NCBI GenBank assembly: GCA_038131245.1
Contig: JAYPPA010000004.1
Span: 14,038 to 78,037 of the forward strand
Reading direction: 5' to 3'
Length of the DNA stretch: 64,000 nucleotides
DNA from: Rickettsia sp.
GTDB lineage: Bacteria > Pseudomonadota > Alphaproteobacteria > Rickettsiales > UBA1997
Shown: piece by piece, positions 9,586-17,953 of the stretch
Layout: each line of letters starts with the position of its first letter
Numbering within the stretch: the stretch's first letter is position 1
Program-made: the position numbers and the translations under genes
Notes under the pieces: generated by a model
Databases searched by the model: none
What the model saw: only the letters and a program-made list of their open reading frames with translations
Told to the model about the DNA's origin: nothing

Positions 9586-10747
9586 AGTAGTTTTAGTAAT
9601 AATGTTGCTGTTTTTTTCACAAAGCGCCCTTGCTTATAATTATGATGATGCTTTGAGGTTTAGGAAGGAGGGTGATAATGCGAAATCTTTGCAGATTTTC
9701 AAGTCTTTAGTTAAGGATGACCCTCAAAATTCAGAATTATGGTTTTATGTTGGGCTGCTTCAGAGGATTCAAGGTGATTTTGATGAGGCGATGAAGTCTC
9801 AGCAAAAGGCGCTGAAGATTTCTCCTGAGAATAATGATGTGAAGCTTGAAATTGCTAGAATTCATGTTGTGAATGGGGATTTTGATAAGGCGGAGCTGTT
9901 GATTGATCAGATATTAAGCAGTAATTCGACTTACAAGGAGGCGGAAAAGCTTTTAGTTAGAATTGAAAAGATCAAGTTTGATTTTGAAGAGGGAAGGGTT
10001 GTTTTAAAGAGGCATCCTTATAGTTGGTATGTTGATACTGGCTATGAAAGGAGCAGGTTTTCTAGAGAGGTTAATCAACGAAAAGAGTGGCGCAATAGTT
10101 TTTTGCAAGTTGGACATCGCGTGACGGATAAAACTTTGGTTCATGCTAAGATTCACGGCTATAAAAGGGCTGATAAGCATGAAGAAAATTACGAGGTGGG
10201 GGCTGATCATGTATTTAACAAGAATTATAATGCTGGTTTGGATGTTGCTTATACTCAAAAATCAGAGTTTTTGGCAAAGTGGAAGGTTAAGGCTAGGGGT
10301 GAGGCTAGGGTGGTTCGAGATCATAAATATATTGGTGATACTTGGCTTGTTGGTGATGTGCAAAGTGATCGCTATCAGAATTTTGATATTTATGTGATGA
10401 AATATGGCGCAAGGTACCATATTACGGATAATTTGGATGTTACAGGGGTGTTTATTGATGTTGTGGATCAAAATGATGATGTGATTAGGGGGCGTATGGG
10501 AAGGGTTAATTACCAGACTCCTTGGCGTAAGTTAAGGGTTTTTGGTGGTTATGCCTCTGCTCCTGAGACTCAGAATTCGTCGGTTTCAAATGGCCAAGGT
10601 TTTGTTGTGCAAACCAGAACGGTGTTTTATGGTGGGTCTTATAAAGTTAGCGACAACATCACTCTTCACTTAGCGTATACAAGGGATGATCGCGAGAATT
10701 CTTTTATTAGAAAGGTTGTGTCTTCGACAATTTCTTTGAAATTTTAA
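9578..10747 (+). CDS. outer-membrane protein: signal peptide + TPR repeats + C-terminal beta-barrel (YaiO/PgaA-porin-like)
   Basis: 389 aa. Signal peptide is MTKVVLVIMLLFFSQSALA|YN. About 3 TPR units span residues 20-130. The C-terminal half has alternating beta-strand character and ends in '...STISLKF' (terminal Phe, an OMP signature). Overlaps the upstream gene by 8 nt. Confidence 0.6.
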   Translation: MTKVVLVIMLLFFSQSALAYNYDDALRFRKEGDNAKSLQIFKSLVKDDPQNSELWFYVGLLQRIQGDFDEAMKSQQKALKISPENNDVKLEIARIHVVNGDFDKAELLIDQILSSNSTYKEAEKLLVRIEKIKFDFEEGRVVLKRHPYSWYVDTGYERSRFSREVNQRKEWRNSFLQVGHRVTDKTLVHAKIHGYKRADKHEENYEVGADHVFNKNYNAGLDVAYTQKSEFLAKWKVKARGEARVVRDHKYIGDTWLVGDVQSDRYQNFDIYVMKYGARYHITDNLDVTGVFIDVVDQNDDVIRGRMGRVNYQTPWRKLRVFGGYASAPETQNSSVSNGQGFVVQTRTVFYGGSYKVSDNITLHLAYTRDDRENSFIRKVVSSTISLKF

Positions 10748-11800
10748 ATGTTTATAAGTCAAAAAGATGCATTATTAATGTGGGATTTGATCCTGGTGAT
10801 GGTCGTGGTTTCTGTTGTGATTTTTTCTACTTTAATAGTTATTCGTTTTTTTACTGATCGAAAAAAGAGGCTGAAGAAGATTCGCAAAGATTGGATGAGG
10901 CGCAAAATATTATTTCATTTAGAAAATCCGCTGAAGGATATTGAAAAAGAGATTTTGCAAAAAAAAGGTGATGTTAGGCTTTTACTGGAGGTTGCTTATG
11001 ATTTATTGAGGAACTTGAAAGGGGCTTCTCATAAAAAGATTTTAGACTTATTGGCTCAGGCTGGATTGCAAAATCATGTTTTAGATAAACTTGTTGGCAG
11101 TAATAATAAGGCTTTGTTGTCGTCGATTTCTTTGTGTCATTACTGGCCAAGTAAGGATGTAAAAAATAGATTGGTTGAGTTGTTGGATCATAAAAATATA
11201 GCTATAAAATATGCTGCTGGTGAGGTTATTTCTAATATGAAAGATTTAAAATTATTTCCTATATTGGTAAAAAAAGTTGAGGAGGAGAAGAGGTTTTCGC
11301 CGCTAATGATTTGCATATTGTTTCAAAATTTTGGCGTGGAGGCTGAGCAGAAGATGATTGCAGCATTAAAGAAAAGTAAGTCAATCAGGATGAGAAAGGC
11401 AATATTGATGGTTATGGCTAAGTTTCGTAGTAGGAAATATGTAAGTGTGATTTCTAAATTTTGTAAACATAAAGATCCAGAAATTCGAGTTTTGGCTTTT
11501 CTGGCGCTTGCCTCTATAAAAGATCCGGTGCCTTTGGAGGTTTTGGAGTATGGCGCAAAGGATTCGAACTTGCGAGTTAGGAAATATGTTGCAAGATGTA
11601 CAAAATACTCTTTTCCTGATTCTGGAAGGGTTTTGTCTAAGCTTTTGGGTGATGATAATTGGCTTGTTGGTTTGGAGGCGGCAAAATCTTTGATTGGCTC
11701 TGGGTTTTCAGGGAAGCAACTCTTGGAGGTTCTGGCTAAAAGTAAGAGTGTTGCTGGTCAGAGGGCAAAAATGATGTTGTTGGAAGGGGGTTCGAGATGA
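10748..11800 (+). CDS. membrane-anchored HEAT/armadillo-like repeat protein
   Basis: 350 aa with an N-terminal TM (LILVMVVVSVVIFSTLIVIRFF). Repeated helical units such as 'DPEIRVLAFLALASIKDP', 'DSNLRVRKYVARCTKY' and 'DDNWLVGLEAAKSLIG' resemble PBS-lyase HEAT repeats. The start abuts the upstream stop (taaATG). Confidence 0.5.
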   Translation: MFISQKDALLMWDLILVMVVVSVVIFSTLIVIRFFTDRKKRLKKIRKDWMRRKILFHLENPLKDIEKEILQKKGDVRLLLEVAYDLLRNLKGASHKKILDLLAQAGLQNHVLDKLVGSNNKALLSSISLCHYWPSKDVKNRLVELLDHKNIAIKYAAGEVISNMKDLKLFPILVKKVEEEKRFSPLMICILFQNFGVEAEQKMIAALKKSKSIRMRKAILMVMAKFRSRKYVSVISKFCKHKDPEIRVLAFLALASIKDPVPLEVLEYGAKDSNLRVRKYVARCTKYSFPDSGRVLSKLLGDDNWLVGLEAAKSLIGSGFSGKQLLEVLAKSKSVAGQRAKMMLLEGGSR

Positions 11801-13227
11801 ATTTTATCGATAGCTTTGTTCAGTTTATATTGCCATATAGCAAAGAAATAACGGCATTTTCTTATGTTGTTTTGGGTTTTGGGGTTTTTCAAAACATTAT
11901 ATATTTACTGCAGATTCCACTTGCTTTTCGAGAGCTTATTCGCTTAAGAAGGAGGGAGCACGAGAATTGGCGCTTGATGAAGTCTGATATTTCCTTGCCA
12001 ATATCAATTATTATTCCGGCTTATAATGAGGAAGTGACAATTTGCGAGACGGTTTTGGCTGCTCAAAATATGCAATATCCTAAATTTGAAGTGATTGTTG
12101 TTAATGATGGATCTAAGGATAAAACAGCGAAAGTTCTGATAAAAGAATTTAATTTGAAGAAAGTTGATCGTTTTTACGGCGAAGAGCTTGAGCATGCAAA
12201 GATCATTGGTGTGTATGCTTCTGAGATGTATCCGAATCTGATTTTTGTTGATAAGGAAAATGGTGGCAGGTCGGATGCGATAAATACTGGGATAGTAATT
12301 TCGCGCAATCCTCTTTTTTGCACTTTGGATGCCGATTCTTTGCTTGATCCAGAGGCTTTGTTGTCAAGCGTTAGACCTTTTATAGAAGACCCTGAGAGAA
12401 TTGTTGCAACTGGTGGTACGGTTCGAATAATTAATGGCTCAATAGTTGAGGATGGTTCCATTAAGGATACAAAACTCTCCAGGAAGGTTTTGCCATTAAT
12501 GCAAGTTATGGAATATATTCGCGCTTTTTTGATGGGTAGGCTTTCGTGGAGTAGTCTTGGGATGGTGATGATAATTTCTGGGGCTTTTGCGGTTTTTAGA
12601 AGGGATATGGCTATTGCTGTTGGTGGTTTTAATACAAAAACAATCGGTGAAGATTTTGATTTGGTGGTAAAAATGCATCGATATTGCCGCGAGCAAAAAA
12701 TGGATTACAAAATGCGTTTTGTGCCAGATCCAGTGTGTTGGACAGAGGCTCCAGAAACTTTAAAGGTTCTGGCAAATCAAAGAATTCGTTGGCAGCAAGG
12801 TGGTTTGGAGGTGATTTTTCGCAACATAAAGATGCTTTTTAATCCAAAATATGGCAGAATTGGTATGGTGGCTTTTCCATTGATGTTTATTATTGATGTT
12901 TTAGGTCCAGTGGTGGAGCTTGCTAGTTATATTTTGGTGCCAATATTTTATTTCACAGGAATGTTGAATACTGAGTTTATGTTGTTATTTCTTGGGCTAT
13001 TTTTTGTACTTGGAATTTTTATTAGCATGATGTCTTTGGTTATGGAGGAAATTTCTCTGCAGAGATTTAAAAGTGCCAAAAGCCTTGTTATTATGGCTTT
13101 GATGGCGATTATAGAGAATTTTGGCTACCGTCAACTAAACAGCATCTGGAGAATAAAAGGTTGGTGGAGATTTTTGCGCAAAAAGCAAGTTTGGGGCGAA
13201 ATGACCAGGGTCAAAAGAGAGAAATAG
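11797..13227 (+). CDS. processive family-2 glycosyltransferase (PgaC/IcaA/YaiP-like polysaccharide synthase)
   Basis: 476 aa with N- and C-terminal TM helices around a GT-A domain. Motifs: 'ISIIIPAYNEE', 'VVNDGSKD', 'LDADS', 'GEDFDL' and the processive-synthase motif 'QRIRWQQGG'. 4-nt overlap (ATGA) with the upstream gene. Confidence 0.8.
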   Translation: MNFIDSFVQFILPYSKEITAFSYVVLGFGVFQNIIYLLQIPLAFRELIRLRRREHENWRLMKSDISLPISIIIPAYNEEVTICETVLAAQNMQYPKFEVIVVNDGSKDKTAKVLIKEFNLKKVDRFYGEELEHAKIIGVYASEMYPNLIFVDKENGGRSDAINTGIVISRNPLFCTLDADSLLDPEALLSSVRPFIEDPERIVATGGTVRIINGSIVEDGSIKDTKLSRKVLPLMQVMEYIRAFLMGRLSWSSLGMVMIISGAFAVFRRDMAIAVGGFNTKTIGEDFDLVVKMHRYCREQKMDYKMRFVPDPVCWTEAPETLKVLANQRIRWQQGGLEVIFRNIKMLFNPKYGRIGMVAFPLMFIIDVLGPVVELASYILVPIFYFTGMLNTEFMLLFLGLFFVLGIFISMMSLVMEEISLQRFKSAKSLVIMALMAIIENFGYRQLNSIWRIKGWWRFLRKKQVWGEMTRVKREK

Positions 13228-13231
13228 GGCT

Positions 13232-14302
13232 TTAGCTTTTTACCAAGTTTTTTTCTATAATAGAAAATCTTGTAATAATTTTTAAAAAGATGCTTCTAAG
13301 CGTTACGATTAGCGGATTTTTTGCCGTTGCCATAAAGACTAATCTTTCGCTAAATTTTAAGGTGTTTTGGCCAATTTTGTGGCGAAGTTTGGTATAATCT
13401 TCAAGTTTGTTGTTTTTTGTTAGTTCGGCCAAGATAAAAGCATCTTCGATCCCAAGATTCATGCCGCGACCTCCTGCAGGCGAATGCACATGCGCAGCAT
13501 CCCCAGCCAAATAAACGCAGCCTTTTTGGTAAGTTACGGCCTGGCGAACGGAAATCCTAAAATTAGAGGCGCGATGAACTTCTTGCGCTTTGATATTTGC
13601 TGGTAAAGTCGCAATAGTGTCTTTGGTATTAGAAACCCCGCGATAGCGATTTTCACCAATGCGAATGACAAAACCAACCTCACCATGGCCGCGTAAAAAA
13701 ACATGAGCGTGGTTTTTCTCATATGGAAAATCGACAGCTTCAAAATCGGCAATGCTCCAGAGATTTTCGTAATCATAACCAACAAAATCAATGTCCATTT
13801 TTTTTCTTACGACGCTATGGGCGCCATCTGCGGCAATCACCATGTCAAATGTTTCGGTGTTTTTCTCGCCATTTTGTAATAAAGTAACTTCGGCCTGGTT
13901 ATTTCTAAGTGCAATATCAACAACCTCGCTTTTATACTGAATATTTACACCATTTTTAGCAAGATGGTCGCGCATAATTTCTTCAGTTTGATCCTGAGGC
14001 AAAGCGAGTATAAAATTCTTGTCACCTTTGATTTTACTAAAGTCAATTTGACCAGCGATTTTGTCATTTTTATCGTGAAAGACTCCGCCTTGCATCTTAA
14101 AGCCCTGGTTTATTAGCTTTTGAGCAATTTCACTTTTTTCCAGAATCTCTAGCGAGCGTTGATTAATGCCAACTGCGCGACTTAAGGTTGATGGCGAGTC
14201 TTTTTTGTCGATAATGACGCAGGCTTTTCCAAGGCGGTTTAATTCTATTGCTGCGGTCATTCCAGTTGGCCCTGCGCCGACTATTAGAATTTTTTTAGTC
14301 AT
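13232..14302 (-). CDS. FAD-dependent aromatic-ring monooxygenase (UbiH/PheA family)
   Basis: 356 aa. 'ILIVGAGPTGMTAAIELNRLG' dinucleotide fold and 'GDAAHVHSPAGGRGMNLGIEDA' FAD/ribityl motif. Confidence 0.8.
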   Translation of the reverse strand: MTKKILIVGAGPTGMTAAIELNRLGKACVIIDKKDSPSTLSRAVGINQRSLEILEKSEIAQKLINQGFKMQGGVFHDKNDKIAGQIDFSKIKGDKNFILALPQDQTEEIMRDHLAKNGVNIQYKSEVVDIALRNNQAEVTLLQNGEKNTETFDMVIAADGAHSVVRKKMDIDFVGYDYENLWSIADFEAVDFPYEKNHAHVFLRGHGEVGFVIRIGENRYRGVSNTKDTIATLPANIKAQEVHRASNFRISVRQAVTYQKGCVYLAGDAAHVHSPAGGRGMNLGIEDAFILAELTKNNKLEDYTKLRHKIGQNTLKFSERLVFMATAKNPLIVTLRSIFLKIITRFSIIEKNLVKS

Positions 14303-14324
14303 AATATTTGCTCTTATTATTTAT

Positions 14325-14353
14325 ATTATAACATATTTTTTAGCTCTTGTCAA
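14325..14353 (-). promoter_or_regulatory. sigma70-type promoter candidate (TTGACA-17-TATAAT) for the monooxygenase gene
   Basis: Minus strand reads cTTGACAagagctaaaaaatatgtTATAATata. -35 = 14348-14353, -10 = 14325-14330. Confidence 0.6.
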
Positions 14354-14381
14354 GAAAAATCGGAAAAAATCGTTAGGTTTA

Positions 14382-17339
14382 TTATTGTCTTGTTTGTTTG
14401 TGTTTTGGTGGGGCTGCGGCTGATGCGGCGGCTGATGCGAGGGCTGTGCCTGGGGTTCTTTCTTCATAGGTTATTGTTGGTGGCTTTAGGCTGTCTTTGG
14501 CGTTGTTATATTGAGTGTTGGTTCTTCCTGAGGAGTCTTTGGTGGTTGATAAATATTTTGAAAAATGTATCAGTCTGACTGTGTTGCCGCTTGGGTCTTT
14601 AAATTCGGTGAGTATTCCAAGGATTCTTGCTTCTGAACCTTTAATTTTTAGTTCATATACGGTTCCATTTTTGTTTTGGCATATAAACTTTGTTCCATCA
14701 TCCCCTTTTGCTTTGGCAAATTCAGTTTTTGCAAGTGCTGCTTTGAATTTTTCTTCATTATTGCTGGTTTTGTTCAAGAGTTCATCTGGGCAATGGATTT
14801 TATACTGTGTGCCTGCGTCGTTGGTTACTGTTGGAAGTGAGTTTAAATCCACTTCGCTGCCATCTATTTTTAAAACATATTCTTTTTCTGGTTTTTTTGG
14901 TCTTGCTGGTGCGGCTTGGCTTTTGAATTCTTGGCATGCTTTGAGATATTGCTGCATCATCAACTCGTTTTCTCTTTGAATCATCAGATCATGTTCGACA
15001 TCCATGATTAGAAATTCATCTATGTCTTTGATTAGATCCACCCTTTGTTCGGTGGTTAATTCTTGGTCGCTTTGCGTGGCGTTTAAGTATTTTCTATAAG
15101 CATTGATGTTTATTTTTTTATCTAAGCGCTGGTATTGATCATTTAGAGCTATTATTCTTTGAATGGTGGCTTCTGATTGTTCGTGATTTAAGGATAAAAT
15201 ATGTAACTTAAATAGTGAGTTTAGTAGGCTGAGCTTAAATTCAGGGGTTTGGGTTTTTTTGATGGCTTTTTCGTGGATTTCTATGGCTGCTGTGAAGGCT
15301 TGATTTACTTGGTCTGCTTGGGCCTCTGGGTTGGCAAAGTTGTATTGTGGGCAGGCTTCGTTATAAACAAAGTAGTCGCGAAAACTGAATGCGGCTTGTA
15401 GGTTGTAGAAATCCAGAGCTTCTTGAGTGGGGCAGTGCGGCGCGGACTCTCTGTCGAGATGAGCTAGAATTACTTCTCTTGCTTTTTCAAGGTTTTGAGT
15501 TAGGGATATTGAGGTTAGATATAGTTCAGAGTAAAAACCTGAGAGTTGAGATGGATCTGTTGCGAGGACTTCTTCTTCAGGGACGGCCTTGTATTTATGT
15601 TTTTGACCTTCTTCGTTGGTTGCATACAGGCTTTGCTTTATTAGGGTTAATGCGAATTTGAGTTCAGGATCCTGGTCGGTAAAGTGAGTAAGTCCTTCGC
15701 CCGTTAGAAGATAGTGAATTTTTTCAAATCTTTCTATGGCTTCTTCTTTGAAGTTTTTTACTCTTTTTGAAGCTTCGCCAATTAGGGTTTGTGTGGCCAT
15801 TTGTAGATATTGAAGTTTTTTGGCGTCATCCTGGATAGCAACTAGTGTGGATCTAAATTTCATGAAAGATTCCCTGGTGCCATTCATTGCGTAATCCATT
15901 AAGAGGCCCATAATGTTGTGGTCATTTCTTTCAGCCTCTTGAACATTGGCGGCATACTTAGCGAAGGCTCGCGCCATTTTTTCTTCGTCGATTATTGCTG
16001 TAGGGCCACTTCCTATGGTGGATCTACTTAAGTTATAGCGCAAGAGTTGGTTATTTAGGTGTGGTATCATCAGTCTTATTTCTTCGCGGTCGCTTTGTAG
16101 GTAAGCTTCTTCATTTTCTTTTGCGAGTTTTAGGGCTAGGGCGATGGCCTGATCAAAGTCTTTGAGGATTTTGATATCGATGCGATCTCCTACTGCTATG
16201 ACTTCTGCTAAGTAGACATCTCTTACTAGTTGAGATATCCATATTATTGGATCGTAGACTCCCATGATCTCAAATAGATCTTCATGGTTCTCAAAGAGGT
16301 CGCGGGAGAGTCTTTTTTTCAGTTCGTGGAAGAAATAAAATGTGTTAATTAGACTATCGGAGAGTTCAATTTCTTTACTTAGCTCCGCTCTGCCATCCAA
16401 GGGGCCGGAAGATGTAGTGAGGGCGTCCGACACTACTCTTGAAAAGAGATCGTTAAGTCTTGCGAGGAATGATTCTCGATGTTTTGCAAACATTTCGATA
16501 GTCATTTTGTAGAACTCTACTATAAGGTTTAGACTATCTTTGTCGACTTGATCTTTGTTGCCAAGGGTTTTTTTTAGGAGATTTGCTATTTTTGGAGTTA
16601 GTATGTAAAGGAGTTCAGTTTCTTGTTCATCGGGGTAGCTTTTGCCTATTGCCGCGATATTTTCAATTTCTTGCAATATGTCAAAGGGCTCTTCTGGCTC
16701 TTGATATTGAAAATTTTCTGGGTTTTCAGCGATTTCTAGTGCAAGAAAGGTTAATTCTTGCATGACTGTATCAAAATCAATGATTTGTCTTCCACGCATA
16801 TTTTGAGCAATGGCGTTGAGGCGTGTATATAAAGCTGGGTCGTTAATGAATGCATAAATTGGGAAGTCTTCGAATTGATCGAAAATAAATTGAGCGAAAA
16901 TGGCGGTTAAGCCACAGTTGCTTGCGTCAAATGTGTGAAATGGGTCTTCACCTTGCCTGACTCGGATATATTTATTGGGATTATGGGTTATTACTGCGTT
17001 AAAAAAGGTGTTTCTTAATATTTCTTCGATGGCTTCTCTTCTGGCTGGGCCGCTGGGGTTGTGTAATAATGAGTCATATATTGAATATTCAACGCCGGTT
17101 GGGGTTTGTTGTAGGTTGAGCAAAATAAAGTGGCCATGGTGCTCAACTATATAGAGCCCATATTCTTCGTCATTTTCTTGAGCTTGATGAATAACATTTT
17201 GCAAATGCTCTTCAGGGATTAGGTCGGTTGTGATTGTGGCTTGATGGACATTGTGTCCAAGACCTCCTTTTATCATTTCTATTATTGGGTCTATTCCAAC
17301 TGTGCCTTCGAGTGGTATTTTTTCTGATAAATATAGCAT
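14382..17339 (-). CDS. large (985 aa) hypothetical protein; N-terminal Ulp1/CE-clan-like cysteine-protease pattern; candidate host-targeted effector
   Basis: No signal peptide or TM. Residues ~60-150 read 'HHGHFILLNL..(19 aa)..YDSLL..RQGEDPFHTFDASNCGLTAIF', i.e. His70/Asp89/Gln129/Cys142 in the order and spacing of the Ulp1/SENP/XopD/ChlaDUB (clan CE) catalytic core. The rest is mostly helical. The C-terminal ~60 aa show a RelE/Gp49-like motif. Confidence 0.45.
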   Translation of the reverse strand: MLYLSEKIPLEGTVGIDPIIEMIKGGLGHNVHQATITTDLIPEEHLQNVIHQAQENDEEYGLYIVEHHGHFILLNLQQTPTGVEYSIYDSLLHNPSGPARREAIEEILRNTFFNAVITHNPNKYIRVRQGEDPFHTFDASNCGLTAIFAQFIFDQFEDFPIYAFINDPALYTRLNAIAQNMRGRQIIDFDTVMQELTFLALEIAENPENFQYQEPEEPFDILQEIENIAAIGKSYPDEQETELLYILTPKIANLLKKTLGNKDQVDKDSLNLIVEFYKMTIEMFAKHRESFLARLNDLFSRVVSDALTTSSGPLDGRAELSKEIELSDSLINTFYFFHELKKRLSRDLFENHEDLFEIMGVYDPIIWISQLVRDVYLAEVIAVGDRIDIKILKDFDQAIALALKLAKENEEAYLQSDREEIRLMIPHLNNQLLRYNLSRSTIGSGPTAIIDEEKMARAFAKYAANVQEAERNDHNIMGLLMDYAMNGTRESFMKFRSTLVAIQDDAKKLQYLQMATQTLIGEASKRVKNFKEEAIERFEKIHYLLTGEGLTHFTDQDPELKFALTLIKQSLYATNEEGQKHKYKAVPEEEVLATDPSQLSGFYSELYLTSISLTQNLEKAREVILAHLDRESAPHCPTQEALDFYNLQAAFSFRDYFVYNEACPQYNFANPEAQADQVNQAFTAAIEIHEKAIKKTQTPEFKLSLLNSLFKLHILSLNHEQSEATIQRIIALNDQYQRLDKKININAYRKYLNATQSDQELTTEQRVDLIKDIDEFLIMDVEHDLMIQRENELMMQQYLKACQEFKSQAAPARPKKPEKEYVLKIDGSEVDLNSLPTVTNDAGTQYKIHCPDELLNKTSNNEEKFKAALAKTEFAKAKGDDGTKFICQNKNGTVYELKIKGSEARILGILTEFKDPSGNTVRLIHFSKYLSTTKDSSGRTNTQYNNAKDSLKPPTITYEERTPGTALASAAASAAAPPKHKQTRQ

Positions 17340-17436
17340 TTTTTTGAGATTTTTGATATAATGACAACCAATTTACATTATTAATTTTAAGAAATCAATG
17401 AAGTAGTGGAATTTTTTGAAAAGGCTGTATTGTTTC

Positions 17437-17465
17437 TTGACTTTATTTTTAAAAATTGATAGAAT
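17437..17465 (+). promoter_or_regulatory. sigma70-type promoter candidate (TTGACT-17-TAGAAT)
   Basis: -35 = 17437-17442, -10 = 17460-17465, 30 nt upstream of the ATG at 17496. Confidence 0.5.
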
Positions 17466-17495
17466 ATTTATTAAAGATAAATTAATTTTAAGATT

Positions 17496-17921
17496 ATGAA
17501 AAGAATTTTAATAGTTTTGTTTTTGGTGTGTTTTTCTGGCAATGCTTATGCGCTTAACCTTGGGGAGTTGCTTAACGATGTTGAGAAGGGTGCGAATCAA
17601 AACTTGGATAAAAAGGTTGATAAAATTATCCAAAAAATTGAGAAAAAGATTGACGGCAAGGTTGAAAAATACGAGGCCAAGATCAAAGAGGTTGAGGTTA
17701 TGATTGATGAGGTCAATCATATTAGGGCGAATGCGTCTTCTTATATTAGGACTGCGAAGATTGTGCTGGCGGTGCTTTCTTCGGGGATTTTGGCGCTTAT
17801 TTTTGTGATGTGGAGAATTTGGAGAAATATTGTGACTATGCGAAAAATTATCAAAAATGTTGCAAATTATGATGATATTGAAAAAAGGCTGAAGGCGCTT
17901 GAGAAAAAGGTTGGGGCTTAG
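17496..17921 (+). CDS. hypothetical exported coiled-coil protein with C-terminal TM helix
   Basis: 141 aa. Signal peptide MKRILIVLFLVCFSGNAYA, a Lys/Glu/Ile heptad-like segment, and TM IVLAVLSSGILALIFVMW. No recognisable family. Confidence 0.5.
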   Translation: MKRILIVLFLVCFSGNAYALNLGELLNDVEKGANQNLDKKVDKIIQKIEKKIDGKVEKYEAKIKEVEVMIDEVNHIRANASSYIRTAKIVLAVLSSGILALIFVMWRIWRNIVTMRKIIKNVANYDDIEKRLKALEKKVGA

Positions 17922-17953
17922 CAAGAATTTGCGATAATTTTTTAGTATAGATT

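Noticed and set aside
17508-17924. 138-aa minus-strand ORF exactly antisense to the 141-aa gene
   Set aside because: The plus-strand product has a coherent signal peptide/coiled-coil/TM architecture and a promoter at the right distance. The antisense product is Asn/Ile/Phe/Arg low-complexity.
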